Source: Ylistrum balloti (Eukaryota). From it: 64,000 bases of DNA. The notes under the pieces were generated by a model. That model did not search any database, was not told where the DNA came from, and saw only the letters and a program-made list of their open reading frames with translations. Of this stretch, positions 24,749 through 37,415 are shown in pieces (position 1 is the stretch's first letter; every line of letters begins with the position of its first letter). Both the position numbers and the translations under genes were made by a program. The DNA lies in assembly GCF_031769215.1 (NCBI RefSeq), contig NW_026782032.1, positions 310,001 to 374,000 of the forward strand. Direction: 5' to 3'.

Positions 24749-27700
24749 TTATTCAAAAAAGACTTTTCCAGGGTTCATGATTCCTTTTGGATCAAATGTT
24801 CTCTTAAGCTGTCTCATCACCTCCATGCCCGTTTCTCCGATCTCTTTCTGAAGAAGTCCACGTTTACCCATTCCGATACCATGTTCTCCTGTACAGGTTC
24901 CATCCAATTCCATAGCAATTCTGTAAACATAATAACATAACAGTAGACCCTTAGTCATTTCTGAGCTGATTATGAATTCAAACAAGAGGCTGAATGGGCC
25001 TGCTTTGCTAATCTGATATTCATTAATACTTTTCTCAAATACATTCCCATCTAACATTATCAACCTTCAAGGTGGGTTGAAATCAATTCAAATAAAAAAA
25101 AATTGACAGATTATAATCCTAAGGGCTGATAATTATCATTAAGATTCTACAACTAGTTGATTCAGATCTGGAAGAAAATTTGAACCCTGTGCCCTTGGAT
25201 ATGGATATTCTTAGGAATTACCAGCCAAATATAATGATTCTAGACCTTTTAGCTGATCTGAAGAATTGGTTTCATCTCTGTGACTTCAATCATACTTCAC
25301 AGTAATTCTTTTCCATTTATGTTGCTATGGTATTTACTACTGTGCCCAACATAAACCCTCCATGCCACTTACACTGCTATGGTATTTACTACTTTGCCCA
25401 ATATAAGCCCTCGATGCCACTTACGTTGCTATGGTACTTACTACTGTGCCCAATATAAGCCCTTGATGCCACTTATGTTGCTATGATACTAACTACTGTG
25501 CCCAATATAAGCCCTCGATGCCACTTACGTTGCTATGGTACTTACTACTGTGCCCAATATAAACCCTCGATGCCACTTACGTTGCTATGGTATTGATCAC
25601 CATGTCCAATATAAAACCTTCCTTCCACTTACGTTGCTATGGTATCAGCTAGGCCTTGTACCAGTTCTACTTCCTTCTTATTTTCAGTGTCCAACAAAAA
25701 TAAGGTATGAAAATTGCCATCACCAACATGGCCGACCATGGACGCATCTACAATATAAACATATACCTGCAACAATCACTTACTCGGCCATGTACACTGA
25801 AACATCGCTGATCTTCTTCACCTCCTCGGGATTTGAGCGATCGGTGGGAAAAAAGACGTGAAAATTTCCATCCCCAACATGACCAACAATGGGACCTGGC
25901 AATGAGAAAAAGCCCTACAGTGCCAAGTTGGTCAATCAGAGGTCAGTGAGATGCCAACAGAGGACAGTGAGATGCCAACATAGGATGTAACAAGGATGTA
26001 AACAAACTTGTTTGCAAGAGAGAGTGAAAGTACAAATATATAGTCAGTTTAGAGAAAGATGTCTTTCAAACTTTCACAATCTGGCTGTGACGTGAAAATT
26101 ATCAGAGAAAGTGGTCGTGGAAAAGAGCTGTCGTAGTGTCTACATGTATGCATGCATTTTGTTTATATGATTTGAAACAGGATTCTAAGGAAAGAGCTAA
26201 ATATTGTAAAAAAAAGTTTTATACAGATGTGCATATCTAATAATAGTGAAAGCAATCAATACTAACTATTTACACCGACAAATGTCACTTCAATGTAATG
26301 TATTATTCCTATTAGGGATGAGGCCACTTTTAGTATGTTCAAAAATCTTTGTCAGCACTATGCAGCTTCATTTCAAAAGGAATTTTGATAAAACTTTGCA
26401 TTTGTATGAAAAAATATAATATCACAGACAAATTTGAGTTTCATTGTTATAGGGTCAAAATCAAGGTCAAGGTAACCATTCTTATTTTCAGAAAATATTT
26501 GACCTCTTGAGGGATTTCAAATTTCAAGTCTCCAAATTGTTGGGTTATGGTCAAGGTAACAGTTGGTATTTTCAGAAAATCCTTGTAAGCAATCTAGTGG
26601 CTTCATTCCACGAGGGATTTTGATTGAATAAGATGTCTTGTTTATGATGCAGTACTTACCAATGACCCCAGCCTTACGTATGGCCTCCTTCGACCTCACT
26701 ACAACCTCTGGTAAGTTGGATATAGGAACACAAACATCTGTAGAGTAGGGCTGAAAAATAAAAAAAAAAGTACTAAAGATGATAAAACTAACCAACCAAA
26801 ATAATAAAATCTGTTTATGATGGCAGGTAATCTACCAGAACAAGTCGAGGATGACCAAAAAATGATGCAATGTTTTACCTCGCATTTGATACCATCCTTA
26901 AGCCAGGACTGAGTCGCACATCACGGGCCAAACTGGCTTTCAGAGTCTCATGTCTAAACTTTAATATCTACCTCAAAGCCAGGACTGAGAGACACAAATA
27001 TGGTCAAACAGGATTCCAGAATGTCATGTCTAACCACCCATATCTACATTACTGCCAGATCTGAGGGTCATACTTAAGACAATGTCTAACCTTCCTTATT
27101 TACCACTGCCAGGTCAGGGAGCAATACAGGATGTCATGTCTAGCCTTCTACACCAACCTTACTGCCAGGTCAGGGAGCAATACAGGATGTCATGTCTAGC
27201 CTTCTACACCAACCTTACTGCCAGGTCAGGGAGCAATACAGGATGTCATGTCTAACCTTCTACACCAACCTTACTGCCAGGTCAGGGAGCAATACAGGAT
27301 GTCATGTCTAACCTTCCATACCAACCTTACTGCCAGGTCAGGGAACAAAACAGGATGAAAGCTCTTTTATCATGTCAAGCCCTCTATATTTATGTTACTG
27401 CTAGGTTTAAGGCTGCACATATCTAGCCTTCCATACTTACCTTAAAACAGGGTCTAAAGGCCACACAGATGGTCATGTCAAGTCTACCCTATTCTCCTTT
27501 TGCTAAGTTTGTGAGCCATACAACCACAGGATGTCATGTCTAACCTTCCATACCTACCTTACTGCCAGGTTTGAGGGCCATACAGGCATACAGGATGTCA
27601 TGTCTAACCTTCCATACCTACCTTACTGCCAGCTTAAAGGGCCATACAGGCATACAGGATGTCATGTCTAACCTTCCATACCTACCTTACTGCCAGGTTT

Positions 27701-30700
27701 GAGGGCCATACAGGCATACAGGATGTCATGTCTAGCTTTCCAAAGGTGATTTCTCTCGTCAGGATCTGATGCCCACTTAAACTCAGAACCACCATTCATA
27801 GTTGTGATTTCCTCTGCAAGGAGGCAAATGAAAATTGTCAACATTTGTTTTAATCATTCATTTGACTCAATTCAATTTTCTTACATTCTTAAATCAAAAT
27901 TGTATCTTAACTCTATGGAATTACTGAAATCATTTTTTAAAGTGACACAGGTTTTAAGGTAGCAAACTTTCATGTGTTCAAAATTTCAAGCATTTGGAAA
28001 ATAAAGCTGTACAATATTTCTCTTGTAGAATAAGCCAAATAGGCCGATACATTACCTCTGACTCAAAAATGAGCTGTGGGTTTATCACAGGAAAGTGTTT
28101 GTTATTCTACAGAACAGTCATAGATATGGACGATTTCCTTACCAGAAATGACCATAACTGCTTGATAAATATGGTAAATGTCATACTTACTGACAACCTC
28201 AGCCTGTTTGTCCAGTGTATCAGGACTTCCTGTGAACTCAAAGAACAGAGATGGTGCCACCTTCATATCCAGCTTGCTGTATCTATTACATGCATCTACA
28301 GATACCTCATCCAGGAATTCTACAACAAAGGAAACAAAACTTTACATACATATCACTTTTCTCCCTTTTTCAATGTCTAACTAGTTTGTTAGCTGGTTAT
28401 AACCTACCTATCTGGGCTACAGGAATCCCCATCTGTAGGTTGTTATGTGGATATAACTTACCTATCTGGGCTATAGAATTCCCTGTCTATAATTTGTTAC
28501 GTGGATATAACTTACCTATCCGGGCTATAGGAATCCCTGTCTATAATTTGTTATGTGGATATAACTTACCTATCCTGGCTATAGGAACCCCCACCTGTAG
28601 GTTGTTATGAGGATATAACTTACCTATCCTGGCTATAGGAACCCCCACCTGTAGGTTGTGTGGATATAACTTACCTATCCTGGCTATAGGAACCCCCACC
28701 TGTAGGTTGTTATGAGGATATAACTTACCTATCCTGGCTATAGGAACCGCCACCTGTAGGTTGTTGTGTGGATATAACTTACCTATCCTGGCTATAGGAA
28801 CCCCCACCTGTAGGTTGTTATGAGGATATAACTTACCTATCCTGGCTATAGGAACCGCCACCTGTAGGTTGTTGTGTGGATATAAGTTACCTATCCTGGC
28901 TATAGGAACTGCCATCTGTAGGTTGTTATGAGGATATAACTTACCTATCCTGGCAATAGGAACCCCCACCTGTAGGTTGTTGTGTGGATATAAGTTACCT
29001 ATCCTGGCTATAGGAACCGCCACCTGTAGGTTGTTGTGTGGATATAACTTACCTATCCGGGCTATAGGAACCCCCACCTGTAGGTTGTTGTGTGGATATA
29101 AGTTACCTATCCAGACTATAGGAACCCCCACCTGTAGGTTGTTACGTGGATATAACTTACCTATCCGGGCTATAGGAACCCCCACCTGTAGGTTGTTGTG
29201 TGGATATAACTTATTGTCTTGGCTATAGGAATCCCATACCTGTAGGTTGTTGTGTGGATATAACTTACCTATCCTGGCTATAGGAACCCCCACCTGTAGG
29301 TTGTTGTGTGGATATAACTTACCTATCCGGGCTATAGGAACCCCCACCTGTAGGTTGTTGTGTGGATATAACTTACCTATCCGGGCTATAGGAACCCCCA
29401 CCTGTAGGTTGTTGTGTGGATATAACTTACCAATCCTGTCTATAGGAACCCCCACCTGTAGGTTGTTGTGTGGATATAACTTACCTATCCTGGCTATAGG
29501 AACCCCCACCTGTAGGTTGTTGTGTGGATATAACTTACCTATCCTGGCTATAGGAACCCCCACCTGTAGGTTGTTGTGTGGATATAACTTACCTATCCGG
29601 GCTATAGGAACCCCCACCTGTAGGTTGTTGTGTGGTGTCTATGAACCCCCACCTGTAGGTTGTTGTGTGGATATAACTTACCTATCCTGGCTATAGGAAC
29701 CCCCACCTGTAGGTTGTTGTGTGGATATAACTTACCTATCCTGGCTATAGGAACCCCCACCTGTAGGTTTTTGTGTGGATATAACTTACCTATCCTGGCA
29801 ATAGGAACCCCCACCTGTAGGTTGTTGTGTGGATATAAGTTACCTATCCTGGCTATAGGAACTGCCATCTGTAGGTTGTTGTGTGGATATAACTTACCTA
29901 TCCGGGCTATAGGAACCGCCACCTGTAGGTTGTTGTGTGGATATAACTTACCTATCCGGGCTATAGGAACCGCCACTTGTAGGTTGTTGTGTGGATATAA
30001 CTTACCTATCCGGGCTATAGGAATCCCCATCTGTAGGATTTGAACCGTGGAGTCTACAGCCTCCTGGACATTGTTGAAGGAGCAAACAGCTGATATTGTC
30101 TGTATGGATGAAATAAGACATTAACAAACAATCTATGTGTACTTTTCACTATTTATGAAAAGGAACAAACAAAATCAGAAGTTCAGAACAATAGTTTCTG
30201 TCTAAATGTCTTATTCCAGGAAGATAAACAACCTAAGGAGACCGTTTAGAATCACAGAATGCAAATCATTGTCTTCATACTTTAAACTTATTACCATCAA
30301 ATATGAACAAAATCAGATAAATTAAGTAAACAAGTAACAGGCACACATATCTCAGAATATATGAAGAAAAGAAAAAAATAGCAGCCATCTTGTACTTTTG
30401 TAATTCAAACAACATGATATCTCTGTTACAATTTTCATGAATTAACAATTATTAAGAAGTATTCAACATCAAAGTGAATCTGACCAGTCAGAGAAGGCTA
30501 CATATTGTTGTTTTGACATTATTATCCTGCCAGTGGTCTAAAAGAGGTTTATGTCTAGTATCACTTACAGCCTCTGGTATACCGTGGAGACGAATGGTTG
30601 CCTGGGTGATGATACCAAGTGTGCCTTCAGATCCAACAAATAGATTTGTGAGATTATATCCTGCTGAAGTTTTTCTGTAGAAATGATAAAACATGACACA

Positions 30701-33700
30701 TATTGTTTTCAATGTATTAGAGATCAACATAAGAAGTGTGTGGAAGTTCCAGAAAAGTCAGGTATATTTATTACAAGATATTACAGATATCTCAATTTCA
30801 ACCAAAATAGGAAGCAGTATTGTTTAACCAACTCACTTCTATCTTTTATACATCCCATAATACAGTTCTAACATTTTACTTTACCCAAGAAGCATCACTT
30901 ACTTTGTGCGCCTTCCTTTACCAGCAGTGTAGATGATACGACCATCAGGCAGAACTACTTCCATGTTAAGGACATTTTCCCTCATGGTTCCGTACCTCAC
31001 AGCATTGGTACCTGAGGCACTGGTAGCACACATGCCACACAGGGAAGCATCTGCACCAGGGTCTACAAACACAACCAAATTAGACTCAAACATATGTGTC
31101 ATGTGAGTCATCATTTTTTTGGACATTACAAAGATAATCAGGAGAGCATCCTTCTACTTAACCTCGTACAATGCCTGAAGAAGAATGAATGGATATAACT
31201 CATTGCTATAATTTCAAATGTGATTAGTCAGTAGTCACCATGGCAAGCATACATAAACGGGACAAATAGACACTGTCTAACCTTTAGAATAGATTTCAGA
31301 TTTCACAAAGGACAAACAAGTGCATTTTACTTATTTAGATTTAGATACAGTTGAGCAAAACAATAAATTAAAATATGTCATACATTTGTTTCGTCCTTCT
31401 AGAACTCAACAGTGATGTTAAGGGCCTAAATTTTGAAGCCTTGGTGGTGACTATGGATAATCCACAGGAACAAAAGGGAAGTGAAAATCTAGACGGGGAG
31501 GTGCAGCAGCCCCATAATTAAATAAATTTTGTAATTTTTCGAATATCAGATAATTTTATAACAACGTCAAGTACATGTGTGTGTTCTGAACCGTGCCACT
31601 ATTCTAATGAATAGAAACGTGGCATGCAGGTTACGGCAAATCTCAGGGACTGAAAGTCTACCAGCAGTGCCTACCACCCGCTATCTTAAACAAGCTTCAG
31701 TTCAAACCTTGGTTAAATTAATAATAACCTCTATGTCAGTAACAAATGTGGCATAATTATCAAATGTATCTACCCTCCAATTTATTTTCAAAGAAGTCTG
31801 GAGAATTTTGATTCATATGGTGTCATTTTATTTTTCACCATAGTGATCTTTTTACAGTTGTGTTATCATACAGTATCTAAGGTGTAGTACATGGCAGGAC
31901 AGTCCAGTTACCGTAAATATTCGCTTATAGTGTGCACTCGCGTATAGTGCGCAGGTACTTTTTGGAGATCATGTTTAAAAAAAAAAAAATCTACAGAAAA
32001 ATTAATTGACTGGTCACTGCGACGAAACATTTGATGTGGTCTGATCCATTGATAATTAGGAAACCACAATGAGCGTGACCCTAACACATGTAATTACCTT
32101 AAGTATGTCTTAACATGGCATCAGTTTCTGGTTTTCATGGAACATCAGCCACTGAATTGAAAACAAGACCTGGTTTGACAAACTACTGCACTCATCTTTC
32201 AACCAGCCCATGGGATAACATACAAATTTTCACTCCAAGTTGGATGTTAGACTTATTGCAAAGCACTGTTTTTGATTTAAATGGATATATGGATGGACTT
32301 ATTACCAGGCAGGTCTTAGGAGCTTGTGTTGTCATATTGTTTCCTTTGTCAAAACTCCACTTGCTCTGGATAGCATGTGATGGACCTCTCACATCATGAT
32401 CAGTGAAGTAACTACCACTTACTGCTGGGAGAATCCATCTCAAAATGACCCCTATTGTTCACAGGGTGATAAACCAAGAAAACAACAAACAAGCAAGTCT
32501 GGGACAAGTGGAATGAGTCATTACGTGAGATCGCTTGGATCAGCCTACACAAAGAAGGTGAAATCAGATGTTCCACAAATGAGGTAGAAATAGCTGTTCC
32601 ACTTGGAATACACTGTTTTACAAGTTAGATGGAATGAGGTGTTCAATGAGATAGTTGGGAAACAACCTGTTCTATTAGACATGTGGAATTAGTCCAAAGC
32701 ATTCTGATTTCATATCAACTTTTATATATAAGCTTCTGGTCAATGAACATCAGAACTCCGTCCCCATATAAATTGAGGGAAATAAGCAACTTTCGCATGG
32801 ATTGGCATTCAAATGATAATTGTGGAAAGAAATGGTCATTTTCACATGCATATCTCACATGGATTGAAAGGTCTTTATCTACAAGTTGATACCAATGTCA
32901 TGTTTCAAAGTTCAGTACATACATATATGTAAATACTTTTTCTGAAGAAACTCAGTCATGTGACTAAATCAGATCCTGCAATACCCAAGGTATTTCCATA
33001 CATTATTACAAAAATAACCCAGACAAACGTTAACACAGGCTATCACCTTAATTTCTCCTATGAAAGCGAATTCTCTTAGGTAACATTTACACGCTTTTTA
33101 AATCTTAAATCAATTATTTCATAGTCATAATATTGATATATGGCTCCATTCTATGTACATAAGAAACAGAATTGAAGTGGAAGACGGACAGCAGAACTTT
33201 GTTGTTTTCATTATTGTCTGAACTTTTGCACAAACACGAAAAAGTGGCAAGACTATAGGTATGTGACTAGAAGAAGTGTGGCTAACACAAACAGAGTAAG
33301 GTGGGAGAAATGTATGTTTACTGAGTGTATTGGTATTAAAGAGACATGTCCTGTTTGAAAATTATGTAGATAAAGAACAGACCTTTCAACCCATATGTGA
33401 TATGCATGTGAAAATGACAATTTCTTTTCACAATTATTGTTTGACTGCTTACCCATCCATGGGTCACTCATTTCCTTCATTTCTCATCAGAACAGAGTTT
33501 TGACGTTCATTGACGCAAAGCCAACATATAAAGGTTGATAAAACGTCAAAATAATTTGGACTTACCTGTATGTGGAATGAACTGTTATCTGACACAAGTA
33601 GAACAAGCTGTTCAATTAGAATGTTGTAACACAGGACATAAGAACAGTGTAGGTGTACCTATAGGAAATGTGAGTCCTGTGTCCCTTAGGTAGTTGTTTA

Positions 33701-36700
33701 GTGTTACTCTGGTCACCCCTGCCTCCACAGTACAGTCAAAATCCTCAGCGTTGACAGATACTATTTTCTTCATCTTAGACAGGTCAAGACACAGACCTCC
33801 CTGTAACAGAGGTCAAATCAAGGAGGTTACATGACTTTATTTAAGGTTAAATTATGGAGGTCATGTGACCTCAAACAATATCGATATATGGGTGTCATTT
33901 TATGTTGAACAAGGTATTATTTTCACATCATGAAATCAAATCACATGCAAAATAAAAACACTACACATAACATACTGTTCTGAGATGATGATAGATTATA
34001 TGACCATAGCAACATTTTATGTCAAGCTTTCCATTTTCATCATTTTCACTCACCTTCAATGCATTTATGCCACCTTCCAGTCCAGTGCCACTACCAAAGG
34101 GGATGAGTGGCACCTCATTATCATTACACAGCTTGGCCACCCGACTCACATGTTCCGTATTCTCAGCAAAGGCCACAATGTCTGGTGGTGCGGTACTAAA
34201 AATACCACAAATAAGATGGAAGATTTTAGCAAGCAATATTGCAAATAAGTGAAGATTTTATCTCGATAATTATTTCTGATAATGTTCGTCTTTACACATC
34301 ATACTAAAGTATACCACTATTGTTTAAAATGTCTATAAGTAACACAAAATGTACTTGTACTTGTGAATGACAAGATGCTTCACAGGACATTGCCCTCTGT
34401 CTACTTTCATTCTTTCCTGTACCCATTCTACTCACTATCCTGTTGTCAGTGTAACAACACCCAATGTATGATATGTTTTGTTAATACAAGTGTGAACTAT
34501 GGTAAAGATATGAAGAGAAGATATTACCAATTTAGATTTTGTATAAAAAATGCTGTTTTCACAAATTTCCGTTTGAGTATCTATGTTCTGTGATAAAAAG
34601 CATCTTACATTTAATCATTTTGTACGAGATTTATGAATCTCGTCATGAATTTTTCAATTTAAAGTTCTCACTCATTTCATTAATCTCGCATGAATGGCAA
34701 CTTATGCAAGGTCCTCCAACCTTTTCTTCTTCTTTTTAAATAAGATACATAACTAGATCAAACAATGAGAAATATAACTACATAAATATTCAGAAATAAT
34801 TCTGGACACCAGGTCAGGCACAACGGATTCAACATAGACAATGTTATTATCAAAAACAAAGAAATCATTCTAGATCAAATCAATAAAAGAAATATCTACA
34901 GTTATTACAGTTATCACAGGGTCCTGATGAAGCCTCGAATAGAGGCGAAACTAGTAGACAATTAGTAAAAATTACCCACTAACTGGTGACACTTGTTCTT
35001 GTTGCGATTGATTCTCCTACGGTTTTATATCAGTTATTACAGTGATATAAGGATTTGATATGTACATCCAGTACTTACTCATGATAGGACTCATCATGGC
35101 CATGTTGTTCCCGTATGGCATCAGTTGTAGATACATTATCATTGCCAACTATATCAATGACAGCTTGGACAAAGCGATCTGGAATCTTGGCTTTTGTTAC
35201 TGTCTGTTCAAAGAAAGATAAGGGATTCATGCATGAGAAAATGAAAACTTTGTTTCCCATTAAGATAAAATTCTATAACCCTAACACTGGAGACACCCTC
35301 TACCACCCATACATTCTATAACCCTAACACTGGAGACACCCTCTACCACCCATACATTCTATGACTCTTAACACTGGAGACACCCTCTACCACCCATACA
35401 TTCTATAACCCTAACACTGGAGACACCCTCTACCACCCATACATTCTATAACCCTAACACTGGAGACACCCTCTACCACCCATACATTCTATAACCCTAA
35501 CACTGGAGACACCCTCTACCACCCATACATTCTATAACCCTAACACTGGAGACACCCTCTACCACCCATACATTCTATGACTCTAAACCCTAACACTGGA
35601 GACACCCTCTACCACCCATACATTCTATAACCCTAACACTGGAGACACCCTCTACCACCCATACATTCTATAACCCTAACACTGGAGACACCCTCTACCA
35701 CCCATACATTCTATGACTCTAACACTGGAGACACCCTCTACCACCCATACATTCTATGGAGACACCCTCTACCACCCATACCCTCTACCACCCATACATT
35801 CTATGACTCTAACACTGGAGACACCCTCTACCACCCATACATTCTATGACTCTAACACTGGAGACACCCTCTACCACCCATACATTCTATGACTCTAACA
35901 CTGGAGACACCCTCTACCACCCATACATTCTATGACTCTAACACTTGAGACACATTTTTACCATTCAAGCTATTAATTAGTCACAAACATAGCTGTATAT
36001 GAATAATGTAATAAGCTGAACAAGATGTGATTCCAAAGTTTGAAACTAATTGTGAAACCAACTTTGCGAATGGCTAACTCCAAAGGCAGCTATTGTTTTC
36101 TTGCATAGAATTATCAAGGTATTCTGCATGTCATTTAGAAATGGCACTTTACATTATATTAAAATGTCAGTGCCTTAGCCATTGACAGGTACTGGGCTGG
36201 ACTCTGTTAATTAGAATTTTTCCACTTCTATTCACTTGTGTTTTTTCTGTCCAAATACTCAAATTTTGAACACAAACAATTTTCCATATGATTCTGTTAA
36301 TGTGATTTGCAAAAAGTAAGTTATGAGTGGGGAATAATTACAAGCGTTCATTATTGAGATAACAAGTAACAATAGTGCATTTTATTTAACATTACCATCT
36401 ACCATACTTCCATAATTTTAAACTTAAAGATTGTGGATGTAAGTATTTTTCAAAAAGACAAATATATATATATATTTATGCCACTTAACTATTTTGGAAG
36501 CACAACATTTCTTATGTTATATATCCAGACATTTCTAAAGATATAAAAACTTGTTCTCTATTTTATAAAACATTTTCCACATACAAATAGACTTTGAAAT
36601 ATGCCTAGGTTGGAAGACATTGTTGAAAGCAGATACATGTAAAAGCTGTTGGCCTAGAAAATTATCTATTTGAACCTGCATGGCGCAATTTGAGAAAAAA

Positions 36701-37103
36701 AATAGTCTTTCCACTGACCTCGATATACGAACAGAAAAAAACTTTTTTTTTTTTTTTTTACTTATTTGGGGATGCTACCAAATCTAGTTAAACATATCCA
36801 GTACTTTTTGTATGATGTTTAAAGACAATCTACCAAAATCGAAATGCGTAAGGGCTATCCATTTGATTTCAAGTTTTTAGGCATCACGTTACATCCCTAT
36901 AGGTCAGCAAGCGGTCAGTACTGATGTACTACTATGCTATCTTGCCATTCTTACTGAGTAACGCTTGCAAAATAAAAGTTAACATATATATTTGATTGAT
37001 GTCATCCTTATTATACCTGTGTGTTAGCATTATGAACAACAGATCTATGGTATAATCGACGAGTTTGTCGGCAAACAGTCTGCAAAAGTGTTTTACAATA
37101 CAT
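24749..37103 (-). CDS. LDHD: Mitochondrial FAD-dependent D-lactate dehydrogenase, paralog A, 496 aa; exons 37103-37017, 35203-35079, 34195-34054, 33800-33659, 31062-30903, 30674-30569, 30099-30006, 28319-28191, 27813-27686, 26750-26660, 25747-25633, 24920-24749
   Basis: All 12 exons have GT-AG boundaries and consistent phases. Transit-peptide-like exon 1 ([21 protein letters not shown]). Hallmark motifs: [74 protein letters not shown]. Confidence 0.95.
25315..25632 (-). repeat. 52-bp minisatellite built from LDHD-A exon 11 end plus donor, about 6 copies
   Basis: Each unit repeats ccatagcaac|gtaagtgg. Extra GTAAGT copies lie at plus 25575, 25523, 25419 and 25367; the copy at 25471 is mutated to ATAAGT. 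Confidence 0.92.
26870..27685 (-). repeat. Minisatellite built from LDHD-A exon 9 end plus donor: two 64-bp exon-proximal copies, then 56-bp and degenerate copies
   Basis: The unit reproduces agacatgacatcctgtatg...cctggcagtaag|gtaggt. Donor-equivalent positions 27685, 27621 and 27557 are 64 bp apart; the period is 56 bp at 27121/27177. Confidence 0.9.
28395..30005 (-). repeat. 54-bp minisatellite built from LDHD-A exon 7 end plus donor, about 30 copies
   Basis: Unit (minus) acacaacaacctacaggtgggggttcctatagccaggatag|gtaagttatatcc matches the exon end ctacagatggggattcctatagcccggatag|gtaagttatatcc. Confidence 0.96.
32776..33480. repeat. Imperfect inverted repeat pair (arms about 32776-32885 and 33363-33480) in LDHD-A intron 4
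   Basis: ataattgtggaaagaaatggtcattttcacatgcatatc...gaaaggtc recurs as its reverse complement about 480 bp downstream. Confidence 0.8.
35270..35945. repeat. 43-bp minisatellite, about 15 copies, in LDHD-A intron 1
   Basis: Unit ttctataaccctaacactggagacaccctctaccacccataca; starts at 35281 and 35324. Absent from the 264-bp intron 1 of LDHD-B. Confidence 0.93.
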
Positions 37104-37403
37104 TGTGTCTTCTAATTCAGCTTAACTCCCGTTATCAGCTGAGGGGTCTGTCAAGGATTCCTTCGGAACACCTCTAGAATTTGCCAATAATTTTTTTTTT
37201 ATCTTTTATGATATAATTTCTCGCGTGAAAATAACAAACGATGGAGTATTCAGAAAAAGAAATTTGTTATATTGATTGAACATTTGTTTATTCGACGTAT
37301 TCTTTGGGAAGACACAAACTAAATCTGAAACTTGGTCGAGATCATTTACCCACAAACCATTGCATACTTTACAAAATTCCGCTTCCGCTACAGCCTCTTT
37401 CTC
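37104..37403. promoter_or_regulatory. Compact bidirectional promoter LDHD-A / RPL14 with TCT/5'TOP initiator
   Basis: LDHD-A ATG is at 37103 (-) and RPL14 ATG at 37416 (+). The pyrimidine tract cctctttctc at 37394-37403 is typical of ribosomal-protein start sites. Confidence 0.7.
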
Positions 37404-37415
37404 GCAAGTCCAACC

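Noticed and set aside
28541-30043. 358-aa and related repeat ORFs as independent genes (also 50168-51493)
   Set aside because: They lie in LDHD intron 7 and are copies of the exon 7 end; treated as a splice-related array, not a separate CDS.
30899-31180. N-terminal extension [13 protein letters not shown] and a possible micro-exon near 31156-31176 conserved in both paralogs
   Set aside because: Exon 4 (…FPI G|) joins exon 5 (|AC CCT) in frame to give the expected FPIDPGADA; the candidate micro-exon has a poor donor. Conservation is explained by recent shared intron ancestry.
32115-32770. Coding-like fragments in the A-specific part of intron 4 (possible transposase relic)
   Set aside because: Multiple stops and no motif I can assign; needs a translated repeat-library search.
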